A DNA stretch of 64,000 bases from contig OZ231126.1 of assembly GCA_965153355.1 (NCBI GenBank), forward strand, positions 21,018,001-21,082,000, read 5' to 3'. This document shows positions 1-17,616 of this stretch, in pieces; position 1 is the stretch's first letter, and every line of letters starts with the position of its first letter. Origin of the DNA: Flaccisagitta enflata (lineage: Eukaryota). Both the position numbers and the translations under genes were made by a program. The notes under the pieces were generated by a model that did not search any database, had not been told where the DNA came from, and saw only the letters and a list, made by a program, of their open reading frames with translations.

Positions 1-122
<122 letters not shown>

Positions 123-1084
123 GTCCACATTCGCTGCACTTTGCTAATAAAATTTTTAACGGCTTTTTCCTTGCGGGAGTTTTTCGATCTATCCTTCCAT
201 GCCACACCAATGAAGCTGCTGACGCCGCTGCTGTGACTGCTGCTGCAGCAGCCGCTGCTTCTGCTGCCGCGGGCCTCCGCCTTCTTTTCGCTCTTTCATC
301 CCCTTTATTCCTTTCCTTAGAACCATTCTTTATCTCTCTCTCTCTATGTGTGTGCGTGCGTGCGTGCGAGTGTTTGTCTCATTGTGTGTGTCTGTGCGTG
401 TGCAGAGAGGCCATCCCCGATACTGCTGTAGTCGCTGCTGCTTCTTCCTCCCTGCCATTACATAAAAAAGCAGCGTTTCTCTGCACAGTGGCTCAAGAAG
501 AGCGTGAACAGACACAATCTTTGTATTCAGATTTCAGATGGTATTGTAAACAAAACTGAAAATTTTGGTTATGATTAATACGCTCAATCACAGTACAGGT
601 TAAATTCTGTGCGTTTGGCTCGTCATCCTTGCGAAAGTAGTGCCTCGTCAAAGTTGCAATAACAAACCTGGATATTAACTTACTTATTTTAATGTAAACA
701 ATTTGAGGTAAAAACGTTTATCCATTTTATCGATCTTTGAATTTGCTAGAGAGACATTTTTCGCTTTGTCTCGGATCAAGCATGAAAAAAGAACTATACT
801 TCTGGTACAGAAATTTTCTTTGGGCCGCTGTTGGCCGCCAAACCACTGTGCTTTTACATCAGTGGATAATAAAATTTTATATCAGAGTTAGCTACTAAAA
901 ATCGCTCCGAGCCTTCCGCCATAGAAAAAGACTCTCTTTTCAATCTAAGAGAAGACGAAAACGAAACAACATCTTTTCCTGCCTTTCGCTCTATTTTTTT
1001 TTTACCTTGCTTAACCCTCCGAGTTTTTCTTTGACGGATTTTCCTGTGTTTTTTACGGTTTCTTTTTTTCTTTTTTTTTGCTCT

Positions 1085-1501
1085 CTGCCCCTGCCCACCC
1101 GTTTGCGACTGGTACTTGACCGTGTATTCGGCCGTTTTTAGTCGCGGACACGCGACTCTACATCTTGCCGTGTCGGTCGGTAGGTCGGTATGTCTGTCCG
1201 TCGGTCCGTCACATTTTTGAATTCCGAGCGGTTTTCAAATAACTGCTCCTGCCCACTCGTTTGCGACTGGTACTTGACCGTGTATTCGGCCGTTTTTCTT
1301 AATCCCCAATCGGCTGCGAACAACTCGTAATAAGTGCTTTCTTCCTTTTTCTGCGCATAAACACTTCTTTTTAGGTGCGACAAAGCACCTCTATATCTGG
1401 CTGTGTCCGTTGGTCGGTTGGTTGGTCTGTCGGTCGGTCTGTCGGTAACGCATTCGATCGACGATCCACACGTCGCACCTATTGGCCTACTTGGCCTTGT
1501 T
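1085..1501 (+). mobile_element. Cluster of short Helentron-associated (HINE/DINE-1-like) elements
   Basis: T-run, 5' hairpin AGTCGCG-GACA-CGCGACT, (GTCG/GTCC)n core, CCTGCCCA..GCGACT, 3' hairpin-like GACCGTGTATTCGGCC. A second element at 1371-1501 runs AGGTGCG..GCACCT to GGCCTACTTGGCCTTGTT. Duplicated at ~20313-20728. Confidence 0.8.
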
Positions 1502-1878
1502 CTTCAGAACCTTGCTCAGGTCGAATTTAGCAAATGGCAAGACAGGAACAGCAATGAACGACCCTCTGTCGATATTTCATATCCATTCATAATGATTCAT
1601 TTGACATTTGTAAGCAGGTGACCGCGTGAGCAAGTCTTGGTATAGATAGTTTGAATGGATGAGAGAAAATGAATTTTCTCATCCGTCGATGGATGTCATT
1701 CATTTCAGTTTGAAGCTAAGCTCTTTTCATTTCAGGCAGTCGCCATTTTCTCGGTTTTTGTCCCTTCAGGCGATGATCAGCAGCGACATCTTAAACGCTC
1801 GGATGCTGAAAAGCTTGAAAGCTCAACATCCGAATATCCAAAATCACGCAAAAATTGAAATTTTGTTTTATCCAAAAA

Positions 1879-2391
<513 letters not shown>

Positions 2392-3259
2392 TAGCCTGTC
2401 TGTTCGTCTTTCTGTACGTCTCCACCGTCTTTCCTGTCTGTCTTCCTGTTTCCCTCTAACGTGTTTGCGCGTGTCTGTCTTTAGACTCTTTACATTTGTC
2501 ATGCCATTCATTACTTGCCCGTCGTAATCAAGCGATCAACAAACTGCATGTCTACCTCATTTGCATATTGCAATCTAGGGTATTTCAACATTTTCTTAAA
2601 TATTATTCCCGATAAATCAGTATTTAGAACATTGAGTGATTAGCAAATGAAACTTATGAGGCAAAAATGGAGAAGTTAGTACATTCGTCTTCATTTACCC
2701 GAAATCTTCTCAATTCCGAATCGCCAAAAAGAACGCTAACGACTGTCTCCTCCCGGGATTACTTAAAAAACGATTAGCCTTTCCGAAGAGATCCGTTTGG
2801 CTCAAAGGATACGGTTGGTTAGAATAGCTTTTCATGTTTGATTGGTAGACGGAAGTCAACCACACAGAACCGTGACCTTTGCATTGGTCTCGGCCAGGGC
2901 TGGGTTACTGGCTGAGATATGTCAATGGGCGAATTTGATCCCCTCGTCGCTCCATCCGTTTTTCGGATGTTGTTATGTGTAAATTTTTTTTGCCTGCGGT
3001 ATCTCATCAATGAATAGACTTCGCTGCTTGTCCCAATCACGCTTGCCCGCTTCCATCGTGTCCTCGTCCTTGATTCTTTTGGCCCTTTAGAAATGCCCCT
3101 GACCGGGCATCACAAAGTCAGAGATCACATTTCGCATACGGCAGGGAGTCATAGATGCCAGACGTTCATGAAACTTTGGAATGAAACTGCTTTCCTAATC
3201 GTAGCATTAATCGCATAAAACAAGATCGAAAACGACCATCACAACGAGAACAAACAAAC

Positions 3260-3379
<120 letters not shown>

Positions 3380-4225
3380 CGGCAGTACATGGTGAGCAAT
3401 GCCTGGGCCCTGCTTGTTGTTAGTAAAATTGAGGGAGGAGCAAAGCAGTGGCTCTGAAGGGGATTGAGTCCTGTAGAGCACAGGGGGGATCCGTCCGTCC
3501 GTCCATCCGCCCATCCTGCTGTCTGGGATATGGATCCCAGAGACAAGGCTCTGGATTATAGAGACCCGAATCTGTGACATGGAGAGTTGGATCAAGGTCC
3601 ATGAACACCAGGATCTAGGTCATTGAGGCAAGGATGTGGGTCTTGGAGGCCAGTATCTGAGTCTCAGAGGCTAGGATCTAGGTTTCAGAGACTAGGATCT
3701 GGGTCTCAGAGGCCAGTGTATGGGTTTCAAAGCCAGTATCTTGGTCTCAGAAGCCAGAGACTGGGTGACGGAGGCTAGAATCTGGGTCTCAAAAGAAAAC
3801 ACATCAGATAACAGACCAGAATTTAGGAATCTAGATTTGGGCCATTTTGCTTGAACTTGGGCTATTTCGCTACAGTATGTTTCATCTCGCCTGGAACAAA
3901 AGATGACAGCGTCATTCGAAAATGAAAAAAGATAATCAAATTCTGAAAAAAACGCATGTTTTGGCATTTGTTTATGTTAAGTTTCAGCCTTCCATGTCAA
4001 TTATGTAAGCTTCTACAGTGGGAACCCGATTTAACGACCTTGAAGGGACTTGGGAATTTTGGTTGTTAAATCCGAGTGTTGTTAAATCGAATTTATAGTT
4101 TTAGATACATATAGTTAAGATAGTTTTGAAATATATTTTCATATGTTTGTATATGTACTCACCATAGCATTTGTGTAACTGGTCAACAAACCATCACATA
4201 AGCTAAGAGATAGCCTCTTTTAGTA

Positions 4226-5009
4226 CAGTCGAGCTTCACTAGAGCGCACCCGCTAATAAGGCATCCCTCGCACCAAGGCATGATTTGAAAAGTCCCAATT
4301 TTTTTCTCTTAATTCCTTTGTTGATAAGCCCCGCATACAAGGCACCCGCCTATTAGGCAAATTTCACTATAGCGCATGAAAAATGTGGTTTTTGGTGAAT
4401 ATTTTGCTCGCTTTGAAGGCATCTGACAAAGTGTATAAAGGATGAGGAGGTGGATAAGCTAAGTGTGGAAGATAGGGCAAAAGACGGAGAGAAAATACCG
4501 ATGAGAGCGATAATGATGATGATGATGAGGTATACCGATGATGAAAAGGAGCATCAAAAATCACAATGAAGAGCAAGTGAATGGAGAGGAGGAAGATGAT
4601 GAAGAAGAAGAGGAGTGAAAGTCGATTAGCCAATGAATCCATACCAATAAGAGATCGATGATGACATGTTAGTGTCTGAATGACATTTTCAACCACTGAA
4701 TGTCATTAGAGTACAAGGTCTAAGAATAGTCAATTCCATACAAGTTTCAAAATCAGTTTGGTCTTGTTCATGGTAAGTTAGGTGGCGAGCTAGTAAAGGA
4801 AGATCCAAATATTTTTTGTTGTAACTTCAAAGTATCCATCTATGTCTATTTGATTGTGTATCAAACCAAAAGATAGATTAAGTAAAGCATATTTGAGCCT
4901 TATGTATTCAGTATGGTGCCAAAATGTACATGCTTGGCTATAAGGCAACCCGCCTTGAAGGCATGAAATCAACCGGTCCCTTGAGATGCCTTCTAGTGAA
5001 GCTTAACTG
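4226..5009. mobile_element. Nested pogo/Tigger-like MITE
   Basis: TA|CAGTCGAGCTTCACTAG ... CTAGTGAAGCTTAACTG|TA (17-bp TIR, 2 mismatches). Confidence 0.88.
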
Positions 5010-5184
5010 TATTAGTATAACATAGTTGTATGAAAAGTGGAACAAAATACCTCACTATATCCTAACTGAAATAACTGGAAGAGGGCCTTATGAACCCCCA
5101 TTGAATATCACATTTAATGAGTTTTATATCAAATCGTTTAAACAAAATTGATTTCAAACCTCTTTGTCCATGATATGGCATCAT

Positions 5185-5374
5185 TTTTAGCCTCTTGCTT
5201 CATGCCTCTACACCTTACATTGTCTGTTCGTCTATCCGTTGAATGGGCAAACTTTACTTTTTCTATGATTTTCATTCTTTGATGATACTGCTCCTGCCTA
5301 AATGCTCTAGTAACCTCAAATATCGCCCCTGCCTACCCGCACGCAACTGGGGTAGCCAAGTATCTGGCTTTGTT
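5185..5374 (+). mobile_element. Degenerate HINE family A copy
   Basis: CCCCTGCCTACCCGCACGCAACTGGGGTAGCC..TATCTGGCTTTGTT 3' end, homologous to 16411-16631 and 63578-63777. Confidence 0.75.
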
Positions 5375-6638
5375 GTAAAATGTCTTCATGTTTGACCTCA
5401 TGTTTGAACTTTTTGCATTTTTAGAGTATATTAAAACCTTTAAGTATTGAAATAAAAATTTTAGGTTACTGAAAATTATCAATTAAGAGATTGATGTCAC
5501 TAAATCAGGGTACGGTCATCCATAGGACTTAAAAATAGCGACTTTAAATCAGGTTTGGATGTTAAATCAGGTGTTGTTAAATCAAATAGAATTAACATTA
5601 CAAAAGCCTGTAAAAATTTGGGACTAAAGAAACTTGGCTGTTATATCCGAAATGTCATTAAATCAGGTGACGAAAATGCGGTAGTCCACTGTATCTCAAT
5701 TTGAAGCGAGACTATCACTTTATTCTTGCTCCTTTTTTCCCTTCGGCAATCATCATCAACATGTTTGTCAGTTTTTGACATCCAAGCAATGAGAAAAACA
5801 TAGCAAAATCTATGATCATTTTGAAGCTCTGTGAAAGATCTTTCAAATGAGCCCATGCTGGTTGTCCTGGCTTCATCCGTTCGAAATGGCATTAAGATGA
5901 AGACAGGTTGTCAGGATATTGAAAACTCATTAGAGGATTTTCATGTTTTTACTTGTCATATTGTAGAGATCAAAGGCATTGAGTTAAATAATTGTCTCAA
6001 CGCCATATCAAAGAAAATTTGAAGCTGTTTAATTTGCTCATGGATATCAAGTAGCTTTGAAAACCTGCATTATGCATTATGAAGAAATATATAACAATCA
6101 AACTTGTGAATTGAAAAAACAAACAAATTTGCACTTTTTTTTCAATCTGCAATGTTTTGCTTCAAACCCATGCCATTTCTAAACGAAGATTTTTCGCAGA
6201 GCTTTCAATTGGTCATAATTTTTCTATAGATCAGGCCCATGTGAAAACAGAAAATAGGAAAATAAGTTGTCGTTTTTTTTTGGCCTTGGTTGAGAGGAAC
6301 TGAAATGATAGGATCACTTCAAATTGAGATAGAGGCTTAACTGATAGACATGGAAGGCTGAAACTTGGCATGAACAAATGCCAAAACATGCAGTTTCAGG
6401 AAGTTTTTTCAGAAATTAATTATTTTTTTGTTGTTTTTGAATGGCGCTGTCATCTTTTGTTCCAGTCGAGATGAAACATACTGTAGGATATAGGCCTCTT
6501 GGCGCTTGGGTCCCAAAAGAGACAAAGGGGCTGAAGGGGGGGGGGCTGACAAAATGATGTACGTACGTCTGTCTCTCGCTCTCGTCTCTGTACCTCCCTT
6601 TCATTGTTTGTCTGTCTGACTCTCTCACTCTCATTCAC

Positions 6639-6732
<94 letters not shown>

Positions 6733-7129
6733 TCTCTCTCTCTCTTTCTGTCCTCGAAGATTCATGTCCTCTTTAAAAGGAAATCAATCATTTTTCCGAC
6801 TTTCGTCTTCACGCCGTTTAAAACGCCATCCATCATCCGTCCACCAGGGCAAATATCAAAATGAGACAGAGATAGAGTGGAACGAGAGAGAGAGAGAGAG
6901 AGAGAGAGAATAAAATTTTTTTCGAATTCGCTTTAAAACCTGAGAAATGATTAGGTTATCTTTTATCAAGTGATATTCATAAATTGTCTTTCTGGCAGAA
7001 AGAAAAACCGGTTATCGTTTCTCTTTTTTTCAGGGCTTAAGCCGAGTTTGAGCTGTATTAAGGCTCTACTTCCGTTGAGATGACCTCTGCTGGGAGAAGG
7101 GACATTTAAATGAACGCGTAGGTGAAAAT

Positions 7130-7510
7130 GGATGAATGAATGGACGAATGAATGACTGAATGAAATGAATGAATGAATGAATGAATATATGAATGAATGA
7201 ATGAATGAATGAATGAATGAAAGAATGAAAGAGTATGAATGAAGGAAGGACTGAAGAATGAATGAGGAAAGATTGAATTTAGAATGAATTGAGAATGAAT
7301 GAGTGAATAGATAAATGAATGAAAGAGTATGAATGAATGAATGAATGAATGAATGAATGAATGAATGAATGAATGAATCAATGAATGAATGAATAAATGA
7401 AGAATGAGGAATGAATGAATAGAGAATGCATGAATGAATGAATGAATGAATGAATGAATGAATGAATGAATGAATGAATGAATAAAAATGAATAGATGAA
7501 TGAATGAATA
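7130..7510. repeat. (GAAT)n microsatellite; similar tracts at 10638-10700 and 15410-15645
   Basis: Read directly from the sequence. Confidence 0.97.
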
Positions 7511-7602
7511 AATCGCGTGCATATAGATTGCTACGTCTGTCAGTCAACGTTCAACGTTTTTGGTTGGCTCACGTGAGCGTGGACGCAACGAGTCTCGGTG
7601 TA

Positions 7603-8093
7603 CACTTTTTTTTATAAGAACGTCATTTTTTGAGCAAGCCTTCAATGTTCTTAAATTTTGAGCAGTTTTAAGGCTTGAACATTCTTGAATTGTTCTTAAT
7701 TCAAACACACTTTTTAACCTTCAATTAAGAACGTTCTTTATTAGTTGTAAGTTTGTCATTAATGAGAAAATGAAGTAAAATGACAGTGAAACAACAAAGT
7801 AGCAGATTAAAATGTTCTATGTGAAATAAGATCAATGAAAATAAAAAAATACACACTATATAAAGTGAGTCATGATTAGCTGAACAGAAAAGATATAGAG
7901 CCTGTCCATTTACGAAGAACAATTGATTTAAAAAAAGCGCAGAAAAACAATGTTCTTAAATCTTTCAGATTTTTAGCCTAATATTTGTAAATTTTTGAAG
8001 AAATGAAGCCTTCAAATGTTCTTAGCTTGTTTTTAAATTTTTGACGATTGAAGCCTAACGTTCTTATACACTTGGTTCTTATAAAAAAAAGTG
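7603..8093. mobile_element. MITE with TA target duplication
   Basis: TA|CACTTTTTTTTATAAGAAC ... GTTCTTATAAAAAAAAGTG|TA, a perfect 19-bp TIR. Related ends at 9884, ~10228, 13161 and ~36835-37302. Confidence 0.9.
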
Positions 8094-8269
8094 TAACGTG
8101 CTGCCACAGAACGGTGTCTGTAAACGTTTTCCAAAGCATGATAATACGAAACCCTGAGCAGTCGGGCGGGTGTGGCCAACGAGTGATTGATCTAGATGCA
8201 TCGGAAATCGCCACCTTATCCTGGTGGGTGCGTGAGCCTACCCTCCGGCATTCTGGCAGGATAACCACG

Positions 8270-8810
<541 letters not shown>

Positions 8811-9074
8811 AAAGTCTGAAAGTCTTGAATTCTGGAGAAGAAACGGATGAGCCATGAGTGATCGAAAAGATATCCTTTTTCGGATAACCGGATGTGACAT
8901 TTACACCGATAATCGACCGATATATGAAAATCAATAATTGTCTCATTTACTTATCAACAAAAACTACGGTTTTTGGGGGTGTTTTGAGAGATTCGCTTGT
9001 TAACGAACACATTACCGTCCTAAAGACACGATCAAAGAGAAACGCCGAAATGCCGAAAAATGATTTTTGTTTTG

Positions 9075-9408
9075 AACAAGGCCAACACCTTACAGTCGCG
9101 TGCGGTTTTTAAGACTAAAAGACTAAGGCTAAAAGACTAAAAGACTAAAAGACTAAAAGACTAAAAGACTAAAAGACAAGAAGACTGAAAGATTTAACAT
9201 CTAAAAGACTAAAAAACTTAAAGATTAAAAGACTAAAAGACTAAAAGACTTGATGTAAATCTATATAAAATGTCTTTAAATAACTTAAATTAACTTAAAA
9301 CAACTTAAAATGACATAAAACGATGAAAAAAAAACAAAGTGTTATGGACCGACCGACAGACCGACAGACGGATAGAGTGGGTCATAGAGTCGCGTGCACG
9401 CGACTTAA
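9075..9408 (-). mobile_element. HINE with internal 9-bp (AAAAGACTA)n array
   Basis: AACAAGGCC at one end, AGAGTCGCGTGCACGCGACT-TAAA at the other, (GACC/GACA)n core. Confidence 0.82.
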
Positions 9409-9883
9409 AGTCGAGGAGTGGAAGAGAAAGAGAGCGAGAGAGATACAGAGTCAGCGATCGATTTTTATAATTTGTGTGTGTAAACGTTCAAAATCGATCG
9501 AGTTTTCGTCATAATTGTCTCCGAGTGAAAAAGAACTGTCCGTTTGGTGATGTTGTTAGGCTTTTGTTTTGACATTTGTTGCTAATTGTGTTTACGCCTT
9601 CTTGTTTTAAGTTGACAAAGAACATTCTTTCCTTTGATCACGTGATCGAAATACAGGAAAGAAGAGTCACAAATTATCAAAAATGACAAACTCATAGTTT
9701 GAACAGTAAAAACACGCTATTGAAGATTGATCACTCTTTTTGCAAATTCTTCAGACTATCCTTGGCCATGGCTGCAGGACAGGCCAGTCAAGTGTAAAAT
9801 CCCATATCCTAGCTTGGAGCTAAGCATTTATCACGGCCTTCTGGCCCGGTTTACATCCAAATGTTAGCCTTTAGATCCTAATA

Positions 9884-13161
<3,278 letters not shown>

Positions 13162-13235
13162 TACCAGTCTTTGAGGCCATCACAGTTTCTCTATACTTTT
13201 TGCTAATTGATACGGTATTTTGAACTTCAATTGTA

Positions 13236-14393
13236 TCCTGTCTTCAGAAACAACTGTAACCAGCAAAAGATGTATTGTGTGAAAACTATTCACACCACAC
13301 ATTTTGGATTTACTCTATCTTATAGCATATTACTGACGGTTTTCTCATGCAAAATTTCAGCACTCCAAGTCAAGTAGTTCAGCTTCTACATTGTTTTGAA
13401 AATCACCAAAATTTACACATAAAATTGCAATTTTTATGAAAAATAAAAGAGTTTAGCCTTTTAATTATTATCAGAATTGAGTAGATATCGATTTGAAGTA
13501 ATCAAGTTGATCCTATTGTATGTTTTTATCATTAATAAATCTGTTCTGTGTCCATTTGTGCATAATGATGAGATCTGGAAATGGTAAAAGATGAATATTC
13601 AGCAAGAAAAGTTGTTCAAACAAAGAACAAGCCCAAAAGGGCAACAGTCGCGTGCGTCGGGAAATGACAAACAAAAGAGCAAAAACATGTTGAAATGTTA
13701 AGAATGTTTAAAAAAGTTAAAAAAAGTTAGAAAATGTTAAAGAATGTTAAAAAATGTTAAAAAATGTTAAAAAAACTTTAGAAAATGTTAAAAAAGGTTA
13801 AATTTTAGGAAATGTTAAAAAATGTTAAAAAATGTTAAAAAAATGTTAAGAAATGTTAAAAAATGTTAAAGAATGTAAAGAATTGTTAAAAAATGTTAAA
13901 ACATGTTGAGAAACGTCAAAAACGATAAAAAATTCAAAAATATTTCGGACGGACCGATGGACGGACCGATGGACCGACCGACCGACAGACCAAGGTGTAG
14001 AGTCGCGTGCACGCGACTAAAAATCATGGAAAAAACGTAAAAAATTATTATAATTGCAGGTGAAATGCAATTTTCTTGAACTTGACATAATCTCCTTCAA
14101 AAAATCTTCAATTTGAGACCAATCCCAAAGTTCTTGCTCAAAGCGTTTAGAAGTTATATAGGTATAAAGTGACAGACTTCCATCAATGTCTAAAATGAAA
14201 AACTGTTAACCAAAAAAGGGTTCTTTACTTCAAAATAGTGTAGAAGCTAAACTACTTGACCTAGAGTGCTGAAATTTTGCATGAAAAAACCGTCAGTAAT
14301 GTGCTATCAGAAAGAGCAAATCCAAAATTTGTGGGGGGAATAGTTTTGAGACAGTAGATCTTTTGCTGGTTACAGTTGCTTCTGAAGACAGGG
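13236..14393. mobile_element. MITE with long (~165 bp) TIRs and TA target duplication
   Basis: CCTGTCTTCAGAAACAACTGTAACCAGCAAAAGAT... at 13237 is the reverse complement of ...ATCTTTTGCTGGTTACAGTTGCTTCTGAAGACAGGG|TA at 14393. Inverted homology extends to ~13400/14230. Confidence 0.92.
13626..14023 (-). mobile_element. HINE with 10-bp (AAAAATGTTA)n array, nested in the MITE
   Basis: AACAAGCCC-AAAA-GGGC hairpin end, AGTCGCGTGC subterminal repeat, AGAGTCGCGTGCACGCGACTAAAA end. Confidence 0.85.
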
Positions 14394-14951
14394 TAGTTTA
14401 AAACTATATATGTACATACAAAAAAGAATTAAGGGGGGCCCTGGGTAAGCTTAGGGCCCCGCGCCTCGTTGATCCGGCGAAGCCTATTTGAGGTAATGAG
14501 ATGCTAAATCATTGTCACTGCCCCTCTTGCTATGTACCACATCCCCAGAGGGTAAAGATAGCTGCATGAATTTAAGGTTTCGCAACCGCAGGACTGCGCT
14601 TTAACCGTTATTCATATTCATTTTCAGACTGAAATTTAATGTAAAGACAATGATTACGCTACAGGTGCCACATCATCGGTCGCACGAGCCCAGTTAAGAG
14701 CCTCCAATCTATCAATTCGTAATCAATGTCACGTTCTAGTAATTGAATCATATTCAAGGACCAGCATTTGAGTCGAGCTTTCAACTAGCCCAAAACTGAA
14801 TTGACAAATTGTGAATCACACTCAATGACGTCGCTAAAGTTCAAATCGAAAAGCCGTAAATTTGGACTGAGTTTCTGCCGTGGACTGTTACGATCAACAC
14901 CCGAGAAAGCAACAATATCTGACTCAGTTTCATGGATTACACGCGGACGCC

Positions 14952-15017
<66 letters not shown>

Positions 15018-15038
15018 TGTTTTTTCATCTCTCTCCTT

Positions 15039-15361
15039 TTTAGTTGCGGACACGCAACTCTATAAGAGGCTTTGTCCGTCCGTCCGTCCGTCGGTCGGTT
15101 GGTCGGTCGGTCGGTCGGTGAGCACGAGTCGAAAAGTGTGAAAACGCGCATTTCCGCTCCTGCCCACCCGTCCGCAACTGATGGCCGTGTATCCGGCCTT
15201 GTTAGTTGCGGACACGCAACTCTATAAGAGGCTTTGTCCGTCCGTCCGTCCGTCGGTCCGTCGGTCGGTCGGTCGGTGAGCACGAGTCGAAAATTGTGAA
15301 AACGCGCATTTCCGCTCCTGCCCACCCGTCCGCAACTGGTGGCCGTGTATCCGGCCTTGTT
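15039..15361 (+). mobile_element. Head-to-tail dimer of a ~160-bp HINE
   Basis: Two near-identical units AGTTGCGGACACGCAACTCTATAAGAGG...GGCCGTGTATCCGGCCTTGTT joined at TT. Monomers at 60868-61024 (-) and 63071-63237 (+). Confidence 0.9.
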
Positions 15362-15702
15362 TCCTAAATGTTTGTTTTTTTTGCTTCCTTCTTTTTTCTA
15401 GTTTTTTAATAATTCATTTATTCATTCATTCATTCGTTCATTCATTCATTCATTCATTCATTCATTCGTTCATTCATTCATTCATTTAGAAAATGATAAG
15501 TAGGCTTTAAAAGTCGGCATGAAAAGATTTTAAATCATTCATTCATTCATTCATTCATTCATTCATTCATTCATTCATTCATTCATTCATTCACTCATTC
15601 ATTCATTCATTTATTCATACATTCAATAGTTCATTTATTCATTCAAGCTTTTCGTCTTCTTGTTTTTCTGTCTGTGTGTCTGGTCTTTGATATTGTCGGT
15701 CT

Positions 15703-15889
<187 letters not shown>

Positions 15890-16410
15890 AACAGTGACTC
15901 TGTTTTTCTCACTGCTCTCTCTCGCTCTCTCGCTCTCTGTCTCTCTGTGTCTCTCTCCATTCCTTGAGTCTCATAAATCATAAGACAAGGCGAAGATAGT
16001 CGATCCTGCCTTTGATCTTCGCCGCTGACGAGCGCAACTTCAATCGGACCGACACAGTTTAGGCTTATTGATATTTGTACAGTTATGTCATAGTTATACG
16101 GTAGTACAACACTTCTTCCTAACATTCCCTGTCAAAACCCCGTGATTGTCTCAAATCAAAAATGGAAAACTTTATTTCTCCCCTACGTTTCAAAAAGGCG
16201 AATTACGTAATTCGCCTTTTTTCCAATAACCCGTCGCTTCAGCCGTCAGCTAAAACATCACCTTAATGGTCACCTCAACTATCATCTCCACCCTCATCTC
16301 TACTAGATTCACAGCGCGTCTCATTTTCATCGTTTCATTCTTCCTCACTCACTCACTCCAATGGAAGCTTTATCCGTCCGTCGGATACGTTGGTCAGTTC
16401 GTAGTTTATG

Positions 16411-16631
16411 TTTTCATGCTACGCGACTCTACATCCCGCTTGGGTCGGTTGGTTAGATTGTCGGTTGGTCGTTCGGTCCCCTTTTTACTCTTTTGGCGTT
16501 TTTGAGCTTTTTGAGCTTTTTGAGCTCATTGTTCCTGCCCAAATGCTTATTGCTTAAGTGACCCCTATCACTGCCCCTGCCCACCCCGCACGCGACTGGG
16601 GTAGGCTGGTAGCCGTGTATCCGGCCTTGTT
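16411..16631 (+). mobile_element. HINE family A copy
   Basis: CTACGCGACTCTACA...CACGCGACTGGGGTAG..GCCGTGTATCCGGCCTTGTT. Confidence 0.8.
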
Positions 16632-17204
16632 TTAGTTCATACTCTTGCTGTCACTAGCATCACATACCCTACACGTACCTGTGACTGCCAACCGACCGAC
16701 CAACCATGTCATCTAATTGACTGACTTACTAATCGACCATGAGAGCCATTTAACCGTCTTGCTAAATTGATCGCGCATGTGCAAATGCAAACAAACACGC
16801 ACTCGCACAGGGAGGTGTACACGCACATTCACTCTCACTCGCACTCGCACTCGCACTCACACGCGCAGGCGTTGAGCCTCCTCTGTATCCCGTGATTGCA
16901 GTCTGTCATCATCGTGATGACAAATGTTGACGCATCAAAATGGGAGTCGGTATCAACTTCAAAGAGAAAATCAAAGAGCGGCAAATATCGAGAAATTCCC
17001 CACCGTGTAACCCGCATACGAGAAGATTTATCTGCAACTCCTTATCTGTTTCTCTTTCTGTCTGCTTTATCAGTCCGTTTTCAATCTTCCTGTTCGTCTG
17101 TCTGTCTGTTTGTCTGTCTGGTTTCCCATGGCTGTTCATGCCTTTGCATGTCTATTTGTGCGTGTCTGTCTGTCTGTCTATTTGTGTGTCTGTCTGTCTG
17201 TCTA

Positions 17205-17332
<128 letters not shown>

Positions 17333-17392
17333 TCTCATTTTCATTCCATATCTGCCATCCTTCTCCCCACTGCATACATCACTCTGGCTCTA

Positions 17393-17441
17393 TGACTCAA
17401 AGACAGGAGCCGAGTGGTCACGTGACCACCACTGACGCAAT
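17393..17441. promoter_or_regulatory. Candidate enhancer/promoter motif cluster (AP-1, extended E-box/CLEAR-type, ATF-C/EBP)
   Basis: TGACTCA 17393-17399, 16-bp palindrome GTGGTCACGTGACCAC 17414-17429, TGACGCAAT 17433-17441. Motif matches only. Confidence 0.3.
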
Positions 17442-17564
17442 ACAAATCTACCAAAGAGCCGAGATGAATTATTGACCACCTCTCACTGAGACTCTCTCTT
17501 TCTTTCTTACTCTCTCTTATTTACACGCGCGAAGGGTTCTCTCTGTCCATGCCCTTGTTTGAGT

Positions 17565-17616
<52 letters not shown>

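Larger units (their letters stand above)
4016..5691. mobile_element. pogo/Tigger-like non-autonomous DNA transposon, present only in copy 1
   Basis: TA|CAGTGG...CCACTG|TA. The exact empty site GCTTC-TA-TCTCAAT is at ~26115-26128 in copy 2. Confidence 0.93.
3873..6483. mobile_element. Non-autonomous Tc1/mariner-type TIR element (about 1 kb without nested inserts)
   Basis: TIRs of about 45 bp (CAGTATGTTTCATCTCGcCTGGAACAAAAGATGACAGCG and its reverse complement ending at 6483), TA on both sides. Paralogue at 25979-27221. Confidence 0.9.

Noticed and set aside
2985..3090. Minus-strand peptide RIKDEDTMEAGKRDWDKQRSLFIDEIPQ as a duplicated exon
   Set aside because: Only a weak acceptor and a non-canonical GCAAAA donor; differences between the two copies are mostly non-synonymous.
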